A model generated the notes under the pieces. The model had not been told where the DNA came from, made no database searches, and worked only from the letters and a program-made list of their open reading frames with translations. Of a stretch of 57,643 nt of DNA, positions 1-7,820 are shown in pieces; positions within the stretch are counted from its first letter, which is position 1; each line of letters opens with the position of its first letter. The position numbers were made by a program, and so were the translations under genes. Origin of the DNA: Minisyncoccota bacterium (GTDB lineage: Bacteria > Patescibacteriota > Minisyncoccia > Phycocordibacterales > UBA2100); NCBI GenBank assembly GCA_036517195.1, contig DATDXU010000018.1, positions 1 through 57,643 on the forward strand, read 5' to 3'.

Positions 1-105
1 TTGGGTGAGGATGGGAATCGAAAGACGGAGCGCGACGGCGCGAGTCGGGGTCGCGTGAATTTTCACCAGAAAATTACGCGTGACCGATTCCCCTCATCGC
101 CCGCA
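1..105 (+). repeat. tRNA-3'-end-mimic structured repeat, copy A (may continue left of the window)
   Basis: Positions 5-105 are identical to 142-242. It starts GTGAGGATGGGAATCGAAAG and ends GACCGATTCCCCTCATCGCCCGCA; the two ends can pair. It contains an internal hairpin CGCGT(G)AATTTT/AAAATTACGCG. Confidence 0.85.
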
Positions 106-112
106 TCTGCGA

Positions 113-139
113 AAAGAGTGCCTTTACGACACTCTTTTT
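113..139 (+). terminator. hairpin plus T-run separating repeat copies A and B
   Basis: AAAGAGTG (113-120) pairs with CACTCTTT (130-137) and is followed by TT. Confidence 0.4.
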
Positions 140-242
140 GCGTGAGGATGGGAATCGAAAGACGGAGCGCGACGGCGCGAGTCGGGGTCGCGTGAATTTT
201 CACCAGAAAATTACGCGTGACCGATTCCCCTCATCGCCCGCA
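138..242 (+). repeat. tRNA-3'-end-mimic structured repeat, copy B
   Basis: Identical to copy A, with a 137-bp period. Confidence 0.85.
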
Positions 243-249
243 GTAATAA

Positions 250-277
250 ATAAAAAACAGACCCACATGGTGGGTCC
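250..277 (-). terminator. rho-independent terminator of the small membrane ORF
   Basis: Stem GACCCAC/GTGGGTC (260-276). The A-run at 252-257 becomes a T-run on the minus strand, just downstream of the stop at 302. Confidence 0.55.
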
Positions 278-301
278 GTTGCGAGAGGTGCGATACGTTA
301 A

Positions 302-517
302 CTATTCGTGGAAGCTTCTTCCTGCCCACGTGAGTCGTGGTCCGTTTATAATCGTTGGCAATGCGCGTTGTTTGATTGCCACATACACGGTGTATGCCAT
401 TGATGGCACACACAGAATTATCACAATGCCGATGACTACGGCTATTTGATGTAGTCCCAAGACCCACAGTGCGAGTGGCGCCGCGATCATTACAGCCATA
501 AGAGCGAATGCGAGCAT
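302..517 (-). CDS. small hydrophobic membrane protein (71 aa)
   Basis: The ORF has two hydrophobic stretches (MLAFALMAVMIAAPLALWVLGL..VVIGIVIILCV) and a terminator downstream. Confidence 0.45.
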   Translation of the reverse strand: MLAFALMAVMIAAPLALWVLGLHQIAVVIGIVIILCVPSMAYTVYVAIKQRALPTIINGPRLTWAGRSFHE

Positions 518-585
518 TGGCGTTTTCCTTTTTTCATTTACCCATCACTACTGTATGCTACAAACATCGACTCGACAATGTCACT

Positions 586-1524
586 ATGAAAAAACCAATT
601 ATCGTAACTGGCGCGTGCGGGTTTATCGGATACAACATTGCGAAGTTTTTATCTGATGCGGGGCATGAGCTCATACTCGTTGATCGAAATAAGCGGGACG
701 ATATGGTACAGACACCGCACAATGCGAAGTACATAGATGCGGAAGAATTGCTGTCGGGTGAGCAGGTGAAGAACTCTTCTGTGGTGGTGCATATGGGGGC
801 GTCGGTTAACACGGGAGACACTGACCGCGCGGCGGTTATGAGCAACAATTTTGAATACAGCAAGCAACTCTTTGACATGTGCGCGAGCGCGGGCACTCGC
901 TTGATATATGCATCTTCCGCGGCGACCTATGGCGATGGTTCGCGCGGGTTTGATGATACGCGGCGCGACCTGAAGCCGCAAAATTACTATGCCGAGTCGA
1001 AACATCTTTTTGACGAATATGTGCGTGACGCCTCAAAAAAACCTCCGCAATCGGTGGGGCTCAAGTTTTTTAACGTGTATGGACCGCACGAATCTCACAA
1101 GGGGCGTATGGCATCCTCCGTGTTTTTTGCATATGAACAAGCGAAAAAAAGTGGGGTTATCACCTTGTTTCGTTCGCACAATCCACACTACGAGAACGGC
1201 GAACAGGCGCGAGATTTTGTGTATGTGGCGGACGTTGTTAGCGTCGTCAATTTTTTCATAGAACATGGGAATCTTTCGGGGATTTTCAATGTGGGAACAG
1301 GGACGGCGCGCACATTCAAAGACCTTGCGCTCTCTGTGTTCTCCGCTCTCGGGAAGGAACCGAAGATTGAATTTATTGATACGCCGGAGCAATTTCGCGC
1401 GCAGTATCAGTACTTTACTCAAGCGAATATTGAGCGATTGCGCGATGCGGGGTACTCTCTGCCGTTCAGGACGATAGAAGACGGCGTACGGGAATACGTA
1501 CAGTATCTGGAAAAGAATATCTAA
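586..1524 (+). CDS. hldD: ADP-L-glycero-D-manno-heptose 6-epimerase-like NAD-dependent epimerase
   Basis: Motifs VTGACGFIGYN (Rossmann), YASSAATYG, YAESK, FFNVYGPHESHKGRMASS, RDFVYVADV and QYQYFTQANIERLRDAGY resemble HldD/RfaD. The start is placed at the internal ATG (MKKPIIVTG). Confidence 0.8.
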   Translation: MKKPIIVTGACGFIGYNIAKFLSDAGHELILVDRNKRDDMVQTPHNAKYIDAEELLSGEQVKNSSVVVHMGASVNTGDTDRAAVMSNNFEYSKQLFDMCASAGTRLIYASSAATYGDGSRGFDDTRRDLKPQNYYAESKHLFDEYVRDASKKPPQSVGLKFFNVYGPHESHKGRMASSVFFAYEQAKKSGVITLFRSHNPHYENGEQARDFVYVADVVSVVNFFIEHGNLSGIFNVGTGTARTFKDLALSVFSALGKEPKIEFIDTPEQFRAQYQYFTQANIERLRDAGYSLPFRTIEDGVREYVQYLEKNI

Positions 1525-2411
1525 AGAGCGAGGAATTTTTTTGCTAACCGCACGGCGTCGTTTGTTTTGTTTGGCGCAAACCAACGGATGTCTTTGTTGC
1601 GTTTCCAGTAGGTGAGTTGTCGTTTTGCGTATCGGTAGATGTCGCGAGAGAGCCCGGCGTCAAATTCAGTGCGAGTAATTTGTTTTTGTAACAGGTGCGC
1701 GAGCCAACGGTATTCAAGACCAAGGTTTTCCATACGTTGGTAGGAAAGTCCATTTTTATAGAGTCGCCGAGCTTCCGCAACCATACCGAGTTTCATGCGT
1801 GCCATAAGGCGTGCGCGAATGCGTTTTCTTAAATCTTCTTTTGATGGAGAAATGCCAATCCACAGCACGTTGTAAGGAGGGTGTGTTGTTCGTGATGGCG
1901 GAGCTTTTTTAGACAAAGCAATTTCAAGGGCGCGCACGAGGCGGCGTTTGTTGTGCGTATCTATATTTTTTGCTCGACGCGGGGCGTATTTTCTAAGAAG
2001 CGCGAGTAATTGTTGGTTTGTTTTTTTGTCTAAACGCGCTCGCATTTTTTTGTTTGGAGGGACGTCAGCGAGGGATATTCTTCCCACAAGCGTGTCAATA
2101 TAAAATCCTGTTCCGCCAGAGACGATTGGGACAAGGGTGCGCTTCGTGATGTCGCGCGCCGCACGTCTCCCCTGTATTAAAAAATCGTGCGCAGTGAATG
2201 TTTTGTTGAGCGATGCGATGTCGATCATGTGATGAGGGACGCCCCGCATCTCGCGTTTTGTGATTTTCCCCGTTCCGATATCTAGTCCACGGTACACCTG
2301 GCGACTGTCGGCAGAAATCACCTCGCCGTTCAATTTTTTGGCGAGCGCCACAGCGAAAGCGCTCTTACCTGACGCGGTGGGACCCACGAGTGCGATTAGT
2401 TTGACCCGCAT
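1521..2411 (-). CDS. miaA: tRNA dimethylallyltransferase
   Basis: LIALVGPTASGKSAFAVALA (P-loop), ISADSRQVYRGLDIGTGK, VPHHMIDI. The start is placed at MRVKLIAL (ATG at 2411). Confidence 0.9.
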   Translation of the reverse strand: MRVKLIALVGPTASGKSAFAVALAKKLNGEVISADSRQVYRGLDIGTGKITKREMRGVPHHMIDIASLNKTFTAHDFLIQGRRAARDITKRTLVPIVSGGTGFYIDTLVGRISLADVPPNKKMRARLDKKTNQQLLALLRKYAPRRAKNIDTHNKRRLVRALEIALSKKAPPSRTTHPPYNVLWIGISPSKEDLRKRIRARLMARMKLGMVAEARRLYKNGLSYQRMENLGLEYRWLAHLLQKQITRTEFDAGLSRDIYRYAKRQLTYWKRNKDIRWFAPNKTNDAVRLAKKFLAL

Positions 2412-2475
2412 ATGATTGTGCGTCAGTATAGTCGAAGAACAGTAGCGAACGCTACCAAGAAAGGAACACGCAATA

Positions 2476-3186
2476 ATGCCAAACGGGAATCCTGTAGTCG
2501 CTGAACTCGTAGAGCGAATGCTCCAGTGTGGTGCTGTTTCTATTCGTGATGTGGATGCCGGTGAAGAGCCATTTTTGTATTCTTCCGGAAACAGAGGACC
2601 CGGGTACGTCATGATGAAAGGACTAGTCAGTCAGCGGAAATTGCTCACGGATTTGGTGCGTAATTTGGCGCACAAAGTGTATGCGCGCTTTCCTGATGTG
2701 GAATATGTTGCTGGAAACGCGACGGGTGGAATGATTCCGGGGTGGATTATGGCAGAACAACTGTCTCGTATTACAGGGCGCCACGTGCCGTATGTGTATG
2801 TTAGAAATACGAGAAAAATCGGCGGACACGGAGAGTCCATCACGGGAGATAAGCAAAATGCTTTTTTCAGTTCCAAGCGACGCGGACTGGTGGTTGAAGA
2901 ACTTGTGAATTTTGCCGAAACCACCGTGAACAGTGCTTCTGTGCAAAGAGATGCTGGACACACTGTGCAGTATGCGGCAACCATTCTTTTTTACGACCAT
3001 CTCAAATCTCATCTCTCACTCACGAATTCGGGAGTTAAACTCATATCTCTTATGACGTTAGCCGAGCTACTCACTGTAATAAGAGATAAAAGATTACTCG
3101 AACCTCACCTTGTTGACAGCTACATGTCGTTTCTTGCCGATCCTGTGGGCTGGCAAAAGTTTCGCAACCTCTTACCGAAGGAGTGA
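2476..3186 (+). CDS. pyrE: orotate phosphoribosyltransferase homologue (divergent PRPP loop)
   Basis: It aligns by eye with PyrE (FLYSSGNRGPGY, VAGNATGGMIPG, YVRNTRKIGGHG). The PRPP-loop position reads VVEELVNFAETT rather than the canonical D-rich/TTGG form. Confidence 0.6.
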   Translation: MPNGNPVVAELVERMLQCGAVSIRDVDAGEEPFLYSSGNRGPGYVMMKGLVSQRKLLTDLVRNLAHKVYARFPDVEYVAGNATGGMIPGWIMAEQLSRITGRHVPYVYVRNTRKIGGHGESITGDKQNAFFSSKRRGLVVEELVNFAETTVNSASVQRDAGHTVQYAATILFYDHLKSHLSLTNSGVKLISLMTLAELLTVIRDKRLLEPHLVDSYMSFLADPVGWQKFRNLLPKE

Positions 3187-3191
3187 CGCAT

Positions 3192-3962
3192 ATGCCGTAT
3201 GATGCAAACGTAAGGCAAAACGGACCATTTCTTTGGGTCGCTCTTGATGGATTGGGTGAGAACGAAAAAAAGACGCTTGCTATCGCGCAGAAACTTCATG
3301 AAGTCGGCGGACACTTTGGTTTCAAGGTAAACAACGATTGGCTTTTGAAACATGAAATCAATGCCGCTCGTCGTATGTTGCCCGACAGAGATATTTTTGC
3401 AGACACCAAGATGTGGAATGGCGCCTCAACCATGGCGCGCTCGTTTCTCACTCTGCACAATGCCGGGTTTACCCTGACGAATGCCCACGCATTGGCTGGT
3501 GGAAGTTACGAAGGCGCCGGTTCCGAACTCAAAAAGGCAATCACTATGTTTCGGAGTGGTGTGGGGAAAGGTCCGCACATGAGCATCTATGGGCTCACCA
3601 TTCTCACACATTACAATGGTGTGTATTCTCGGCGCATGTTCAAGAGCGAACTTCCTTGGATGGTTCTATCTTTAACACGAGAAGCCCTAGCCGCTGGTTG
3701 TGACGGTGTTATTGTGCCCGGGAATATGCTCTCGCGCATGTATCGGTATATGATATATCCGAAGATTGTGCCGGGCGTTCGATTCGCGGGTGAGGGTGAT
3801 CAGGAGAAAAAACACGAAGAAACTGTCACTCCGGAATCGCTTGCTGGTCGTACGGATGTGCAAGCTGTTTGCGGAAGTCCTATTATGAATAGTTCTGACC
3901 CCGTTGCTGCCTTGAAGCGTATGCTCGAGGCGCTCCATTGGGAAATGAGTACGCCCACCTAG
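3192..3962 (+). CDS. pyrF: orotidine-5'-phosphate decarboxylase homologue (non-canonical DxKxxD)
   Basis: WVALDG, FKVNND, FADTKMWN (in place of DxKxxD), NAHALAGG, GLTILTH, IVPGVR and VCGSPI align with PyrF. AAGGAG lies 8 nt before the ATG at 3192. Confidence 0.6.
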   Translation: MPYDANVRQNGPFLWVALDGLGENEKKTLAIAQKLHEVGGHFGFKVNNDWLLKHEINAARRMLPDRDIFADTKMWNGASTMARSFLTLHNAGFTLTNAHALAGGSYEGAGSELKKAITMFRSGVGKGPHMSIYGLTILTHYNGVYSRRMFKSELPWMVLSLTREALAAGCDGVIVPGNMLSRMYRYMIYPKIVPGVRFAGEGDQEKKHEETVTPESLAGRTDVQAVCGSPIMNSSDPVAALKRMLEALHWEMSTPT

Positions 3963-4005
3963 AAAGATATAGGTGGGCAATTTTTTATACAAAAAAATCG
4001 TCCCG

Positions 4006-4623
4006 CTAAAAGCGGGACGGTTTTGAGTGGGTGAGTGAGCCGTACAGATTTTTTGTTTGCAGAAGCACAAGGATGCCCACCATGAAGGCGACAATGAACG
4101 AGGCGATGGCGTCTGCCAAAATCCATCCCTTCCACAGAATGAGAATTCCCGCGCCAACGACCGCAACACTGGTCAGGAGGTCGGCAACGATGTGCCACAC
4201 TTGCCCCCAATAGGTGTGTGCTTCTTCGTGTGCGTGTTTGGTGTGATGCACAAAATAAAGTTGAAGTACATTGCCGAAAAGTCCCACGATGGCGAAGAAC
4301 AGAAGAGCTCCTGCCGGAATGTGAACGGGATTGAAGAGTCGCTCAATACCTTTTGTGCCTGCCCAATATGCAACCCACGCGAGGAACATGATGTTGCACA
4401 CTGATGTGAGACGCTCCATCGTTGTCGGGTTCTTTTGTGATTGTCGTATGAGGAATGCCCATAATCCAATAGCAAACGGGACACTGTGTCCCAGCACATG
4501 CCACGCGTCAGCATCAAGCGCGTGGCTTCCCGTAATGGAAACGCCTATTTTTTCAAACACAAAAATTGCAAGCGTAATCGCGATGAGCGCGATATACGCC
4601 CGCACTTCGCGACCCAGTGTCAT
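4006..4623 (-). CDS. cation diffusion facilitator, transmembrane domain only (205 aa)
   Basis: SHALDADAWHVLGH and VWHIVADLLTSVAVV resemble the CDF TM2/TM5 metal-site motifs. There is no C-terminal cytoplasmic domain. Confidence 0.65.
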   Translation of the reverse strand: MTLGREVRAYIALIAITLAIFVFEKIGVSITGSHALDADAWHVLGHSVPFAIGLWAFLIRQSQKNPTTMERLTSVCNIMFLAWVAYWAGTKGIERLFNPVHIPAGALLFFAIVGLFGNVLQLYFVHHTKHAHEEAHTYWGQVWHIVADLLTSVAVVGAGILILWKGWILADAIASFIVAFMVGILVLLQTKNLYGSLTHSKPSRF

Positions 4624-4735
4624 TCGGAATTCCCCTTGACCTATATTCCTGTGTGTATGCTAATGCATAATCACTAATAGTACAAGGTGCGCAGACGGTT
4701 TCGTGATGTCGTGAACGTGGGATAGAGTTCTATCC

Positions 4736-5749
4736 ATGGCTTCTTCGGGCTCTCACATTATCGGTTTTTGGCCCGTTGTTTCAGCTCTCGTGGGTAACTC
4801 ACTGGTTGCGGTTATCAAACTCGGAATAGCAAGTGTATCCGGTTCGAGCTCCATGTTTTCCGAGGGTATTCACAGTGTTGCCGATACGCTCAATCAGGGA
4901 TTTTTGTTCATCGGCTTGGTCCGTTCACGTAAAAAACCGGATGATGATTTTGGATACGGATATGGAAGGGAGCGTTTTTTTTGGGCACTTCTCTCTGCGT
5001 GCGGAATATTTTTTGTTGGCGCGGGAGTTACGCTGTATCACGGCATCATGTCCCTGTTTGAACCTTCACCAATTGAATTTAGCGTATACATATATGTAGT
5101 GCTTCTTGCTTCATTTGTCATTGAACTGTGGACGTTGTATGTGGCGGCGCGTTCCATACGGCGCATGTTTCCAGACCTATCGTGGCGAGAACGTTTAGAA
5201 CTTTCAGACCCGACGACACTTGCGGTGTATCTTGAGGATTGTGTCGCGGTTGTGGGTGTTTTGATTGCCGCTTTCAGTATCGCACTCTCGTATTACACGG
5301 GGAATTATGTATGGGATGCGCTCGGATCGCTCATCATCGGATGCATGCTTGCCGGAGTCGCAGTCCTTCTCATTATGAAAAACCGTTTCTATCTCATGGG
5401 GCGCGCTATGCCTGAGGACCTCAAAGAAGAGATTGTCGCGCTGCTTGTTAGAGACCCCGTTATTGAAAAGGTGCTGGTGTTTAAATCAACGACGCTTGAT
5501 TTCAATGTATACCGACTTTCCTGCGAGGTTGAAATAAACGGTCCATCGCTTTTGAAGGAAATGTATAAGCGCTCAACACTCCGTTCTCAATTCGATGAAA
5601 TAAAAAATGATTTCGAAGAGTTTAAGCGTTTTTGTGTTCATTATTCCGACCGCATGCCCCGCTTGATAGGGAAGCACATTGACATCGTTGAGGCGAAACT
5701 TATGAAAAAATTTCCTTCCGTTCGCCACATTGATATTGAGGTGAATTAA
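4736..5749 (+). CDS. cation diffusion facilitator family transporter (full length)
   Basis: VIKLGIASVSGSSSMFSEGIHSVADTLNQ and GYGRERFFWALLSACGIFFVGAG, with six hydrophobic segments plus a C-terminal domain. Confidence 0.75.
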   Translation: MASSGSHIIGFWPVVSALVGNSLVAVIKLGIASVSGSSSMFSEGIHSVADTLNQGFLFIGLVRSRKKPDDDFGYGYGRERFFWALLSACGIFFVGAGVTLYHGIMSLFEPSPIEFSVYIYVVLLASFVIELWTLYVAARSIRRMFPDLSWRERLELSDPTTLAVYLEDCVAVVGVLIAAFSIALSYYTGNYVWDALGSLIIGCMLAGVAVLLIMKNRFYLMGRAMPEDLKEEIVALLVRDPVIEKVLVFKSTTLDFNVYRLSCEVEINGPSLLKEMYKRSTLRSQFDEIKNDFEEFKRFCVHYSDRMPRLIGKHIDIVEAKLMKKFPSVRHIDIEVN

Positions 5750-5786
5750 AAAAGAAGACGATCCCCCCTGTGAAGGACCGTCAGCG

Positions 5787-6191
5787 TTAAGTCATTGCCC
5801 ACCTGTTTAATTTTGGTGCGCAGTAGAAAATAGTGAACGCAGAGAACAGAAGGATTCCTACTAACGTCATGGCGATGTATTCTGGAGAAAGTTCCCAGAG
5901 TGAGAAACCGACCCATTCCCTTAGTTGGTCGCCGATGAATGATTCTCTGCCGGAAATTGTTTCTGGATTGTATCTTGCTCGAAGTCCCATCTCGAGCGCG
6001 CTTAACGGACATCCTAAAAATGCGAGTTGCCCGATGGTGGTGCTCATAACAGCGACGAGATGGCAGTCTTGGAGCAACTTCCTCTTTGTATTGTATAAGA
6101 GAGAACTCGACACAAGTAACACAATCCAGAAAAGGTGGAACCAAAGGACGATGTCAGCGAGATTTTGATAGATTCCCATGACATACCCCAA
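5787..6191 (-). CDS. DUF2784-like membrane protein
   Basis: Hydrophobic ORF carrying GCPLSALEMGLRARY, which resembles the CPLT-x-E-x-LR signature of DUF2784. Confidence 0.5.
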   Translation of the reverse strand: MGYVMGIYQNLADIVLWFHLFWIVLLVSSSLLYNTKRKLLQDCHLVAVMSTTIGQLAFLGCPLSALEMGLRARYNPETISGRESFIGDQLREWVGFSLWELSPEYIAMTLVGILLFSAFTIFYCAPKLNRWAMT

Positions 6192-6278
6192 GTGTGTACG
6201 CTCCGCAGAGCAGGTTATTTACTGATAAGTATCTTAACACCTAGTTGTTACTAAGTCAAGGGGTGCACTATTTTCAAC

Positions 6279-6422
6279 GAGAGGCCTGCCTGCCGGCAGG
6301 CGGGGAGTCGGCCAAGAACGAATTTTTTCGCCGTCGCTCCAAAATTCTTCTTGGCCATGCTCGCGCGACCCCGCCTTCTGGCGTGGTACCTCGCGCTCAC
6401 TTTCGACTCCCTCTCCCAGCTA
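6279..6422 (-). repeat. tRNA-3'-end-mimic structured repeat, tRNA-Leu-distal copy
   Basis: It shares an identical block of about 56 nt (GCTCGCGCGACCCCGCCTTCTGGCGTGGTACCTCGCGCTCACTTTCGACTCCCTCT) with 6470-6617. It ends ...CTCTCCCAGC, like the tRNA-Leu acceptor. Confidence 0.85.
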
Positions 6423-6469
6423 CAAAATAATAGTCGCCAGACGCTAACGCCTCTGGCTCTTTTATTTTA

Positions 6470-6617
6470 TGCTGGGAGAGGCCTGCCGGCAGGCAGGCTG
6501 GGAGTCGGCCAAGAGCTCGTTTTATTGCCGTCGCAACAAAACTCCTCTCAGCCCTGCTCGCGCGACCCCGCCTTCTGGCGTGGTACCTCGCGCTCACTTT
6601 CGACTCCCTCTTCAGCA
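6470..6617 (-). repeat. tRNA-3'-end-mimic structured repeat, tRNA-Leu-proximal copy
   Basis: Plus-strand TGCTGGGAGAGG (6470-6481) equals the start of the tRNA-Leu reverse complement (6665-6676). A palindromic insert CCTGCCGGCAGG.. follows, then GGGAGTCGG. The far end, CTTTCGACTCCCTCTTCAGCA, is the inverted partner. Confidence 0.85.
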
Positions 6618-6664
6618 GAAAACAGTAATCGCCGAGAGATTCTCTCTCGGCTCAACTGTTTTTA

Positions 6665-6745
6665 TGCTGGGAGAGGGAGTCGAACCCTCATGAGTTGCCT
6701 CGATCGATTTTGAGTCGATTGCGTCTGCCATTCCGCCATCCCAGC
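6665..6745 (-). tRNA. tRNA-Leu (anticodon CAA), long variable arm
   Basis: Reverse complement GCTGGGATGGCGGAATGGCAGACGCAATCGACTCAAAATCGATCGAGGCAACTCATGAGGGTTCGACTCCCTCTCCCAGCA. It folds as a cloverleaf with anticodon loop CTCAAAA and T-loop TTCGACT. Confidence 0.9.
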
Positions 6746-6820
6746 GTTTTCTTAGTGTACGGCCATTTGTTGTAAACACAAATTCCCCAGATTCCTTTCT
6801 CTTGGGCGTATCTGGACTGC

Positions 6821-6828
6821 GGTATACT
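6821..6828 (+). promoter_or_regulatory. -10-like box GGTATACT, 6 nt before the parB ATG (leaderless candidate)
   Basis: GGTATACT at 6821-6828 and ATG at 6835. There is no Shine-Dalgarno sequence between them. Confidence 0.45.
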
Positions 6829-6834
6829 GTTTTT

Positions 6835-7812
6835 ATGTCCAGTGGATACTATAACGACTCTATTTTTTGGGTTGAAGTTGAACGCATAAAACCGAATCCG
6901 TTTCAACCGAGGCGCACGTTTGATGAGGCGTCACTCGCATCTTTGTCAGAATCTATTCGTCAGTATGGCATTCTTCAGCCACTTACCGTTACGCGCCATG
7001 AAATTGAGCGCCCGGGCGAAGGTGTGTTTGTTGAATATGAACTTATCGCCGGTGAGAGGCGACTACGAGCGGCAAAAATGGCAGGTATAGCGCAGGTTCC
7101 TGTGGTCATTCGGAGTTCGGAAGATACTGATGCGATGAAACTTGAACTTGCTATCATTGAGAATTTACAACGAGAAGATTTGTCTCCGATTGACAGAGCG
7201 AAGGCATTCAAACAACTGGTGGATGATTTCGGGCTCAAGCATGTGGACATTGGTAAAAAAATAGGTAAGAGCCGTGAGTATGTAAGTAACACCCTGCGCA
7301 TTTTGATGCTTCCAGAAGAGATACAAAATGCCCTTGCGTCGGGCGAAATTACAGAAGGGCATACGCGCCCGCTCCTCATGCTCGCCGAACGCCCCGAAGA
7401 ACAGCGCACTCTGTTCAAAGAAATTATTACGAAGCGACTTACGGTGCGTGATACGGAGCAGGTGGCGCGGCGTGTTGCGACAGAGCGTGTGCGCAAATTT
7501 GATTTAACGCCTGATCTGCTCGCGCTTGAACGGCAGCTTACCGAGACCTTGGGTACGCGTGTGCGCATTGAAAAGAAGGATACGGGCGGGAAGGTTCTTA
7601 TCGACTTTTTCTCACCCGATGATTTGGCACACCTGTGTATGCAACTGGCAATACAAAGTAAAAAACACCAAGTAACACCCGTGCCCGCACCCGCGACTGA
7701 AAAAGCGCCTGATGCCAGTCTGAGAGAGGAGGGAACAGAAGTTCCTTCCGCGCCTCCTCAAGAATCAGCAAACGAAGATGATACGTATTCACTCCGCAAT
7801 TTCAGCGTGTAG
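6835..7812 (+). CDS. parB: chromosome partitioning protein ParB/Spo0J
   Basis: IKPNPFQPRRTFD, GILQPLTV, ELIAGERRLRAAKMAG and an HTH region (IGKSREYVSNTLRIL). Confidence 0.9.
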   Translation: MSSGYYNDSIFWVEVERIKPNPFQPRRTFDEASLASLSESIRQYGILQPLTVTRHEIERPGEGVFVEYELIAGERRLRAAKMAGIAQVPVVIRSSEDTDAMKLELAIIENLQREDLSPIDRAKAFKQLVDDFGLKHVDIGKKIGKSREYVSNTLRILMLPEEIQNALASGEITEGHTRPLLMLAERPEEQRTLFKEIITKRLTVRDTEQVARRVATERVRKFDLTPDLLALERQLTETLGTRVRIEKKDTGGKVLIDFFSPDDLAHLCMQLAIQSKKHQVTPVPAPATEKAPDASLREEGTEVPSAPPQESANEDDTYSLRNFSV

Positions 7813-7820
7813 AGGAATGC

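Noticed and set aside
1-242. CRISPR array (also considered for 6279-6617)
   Set aside because: The repeat units are about 100-150 nt and strongly structured, and only two occur per locus. The 'spacers' of 32-47 nt are hairpins, three of them followed by short T-runs. No cas genes or leader are present.
1-449. ORFs 1..195, 138..449, 6245..6430, 6351..6713 and 6469..6693 as coding genes
   Set aside because: They lie entirely within the repeat units. Their Arg/Gly/Ser-rich translations follow from the GC-rich palindromic sequence, and there are no start-site signals.
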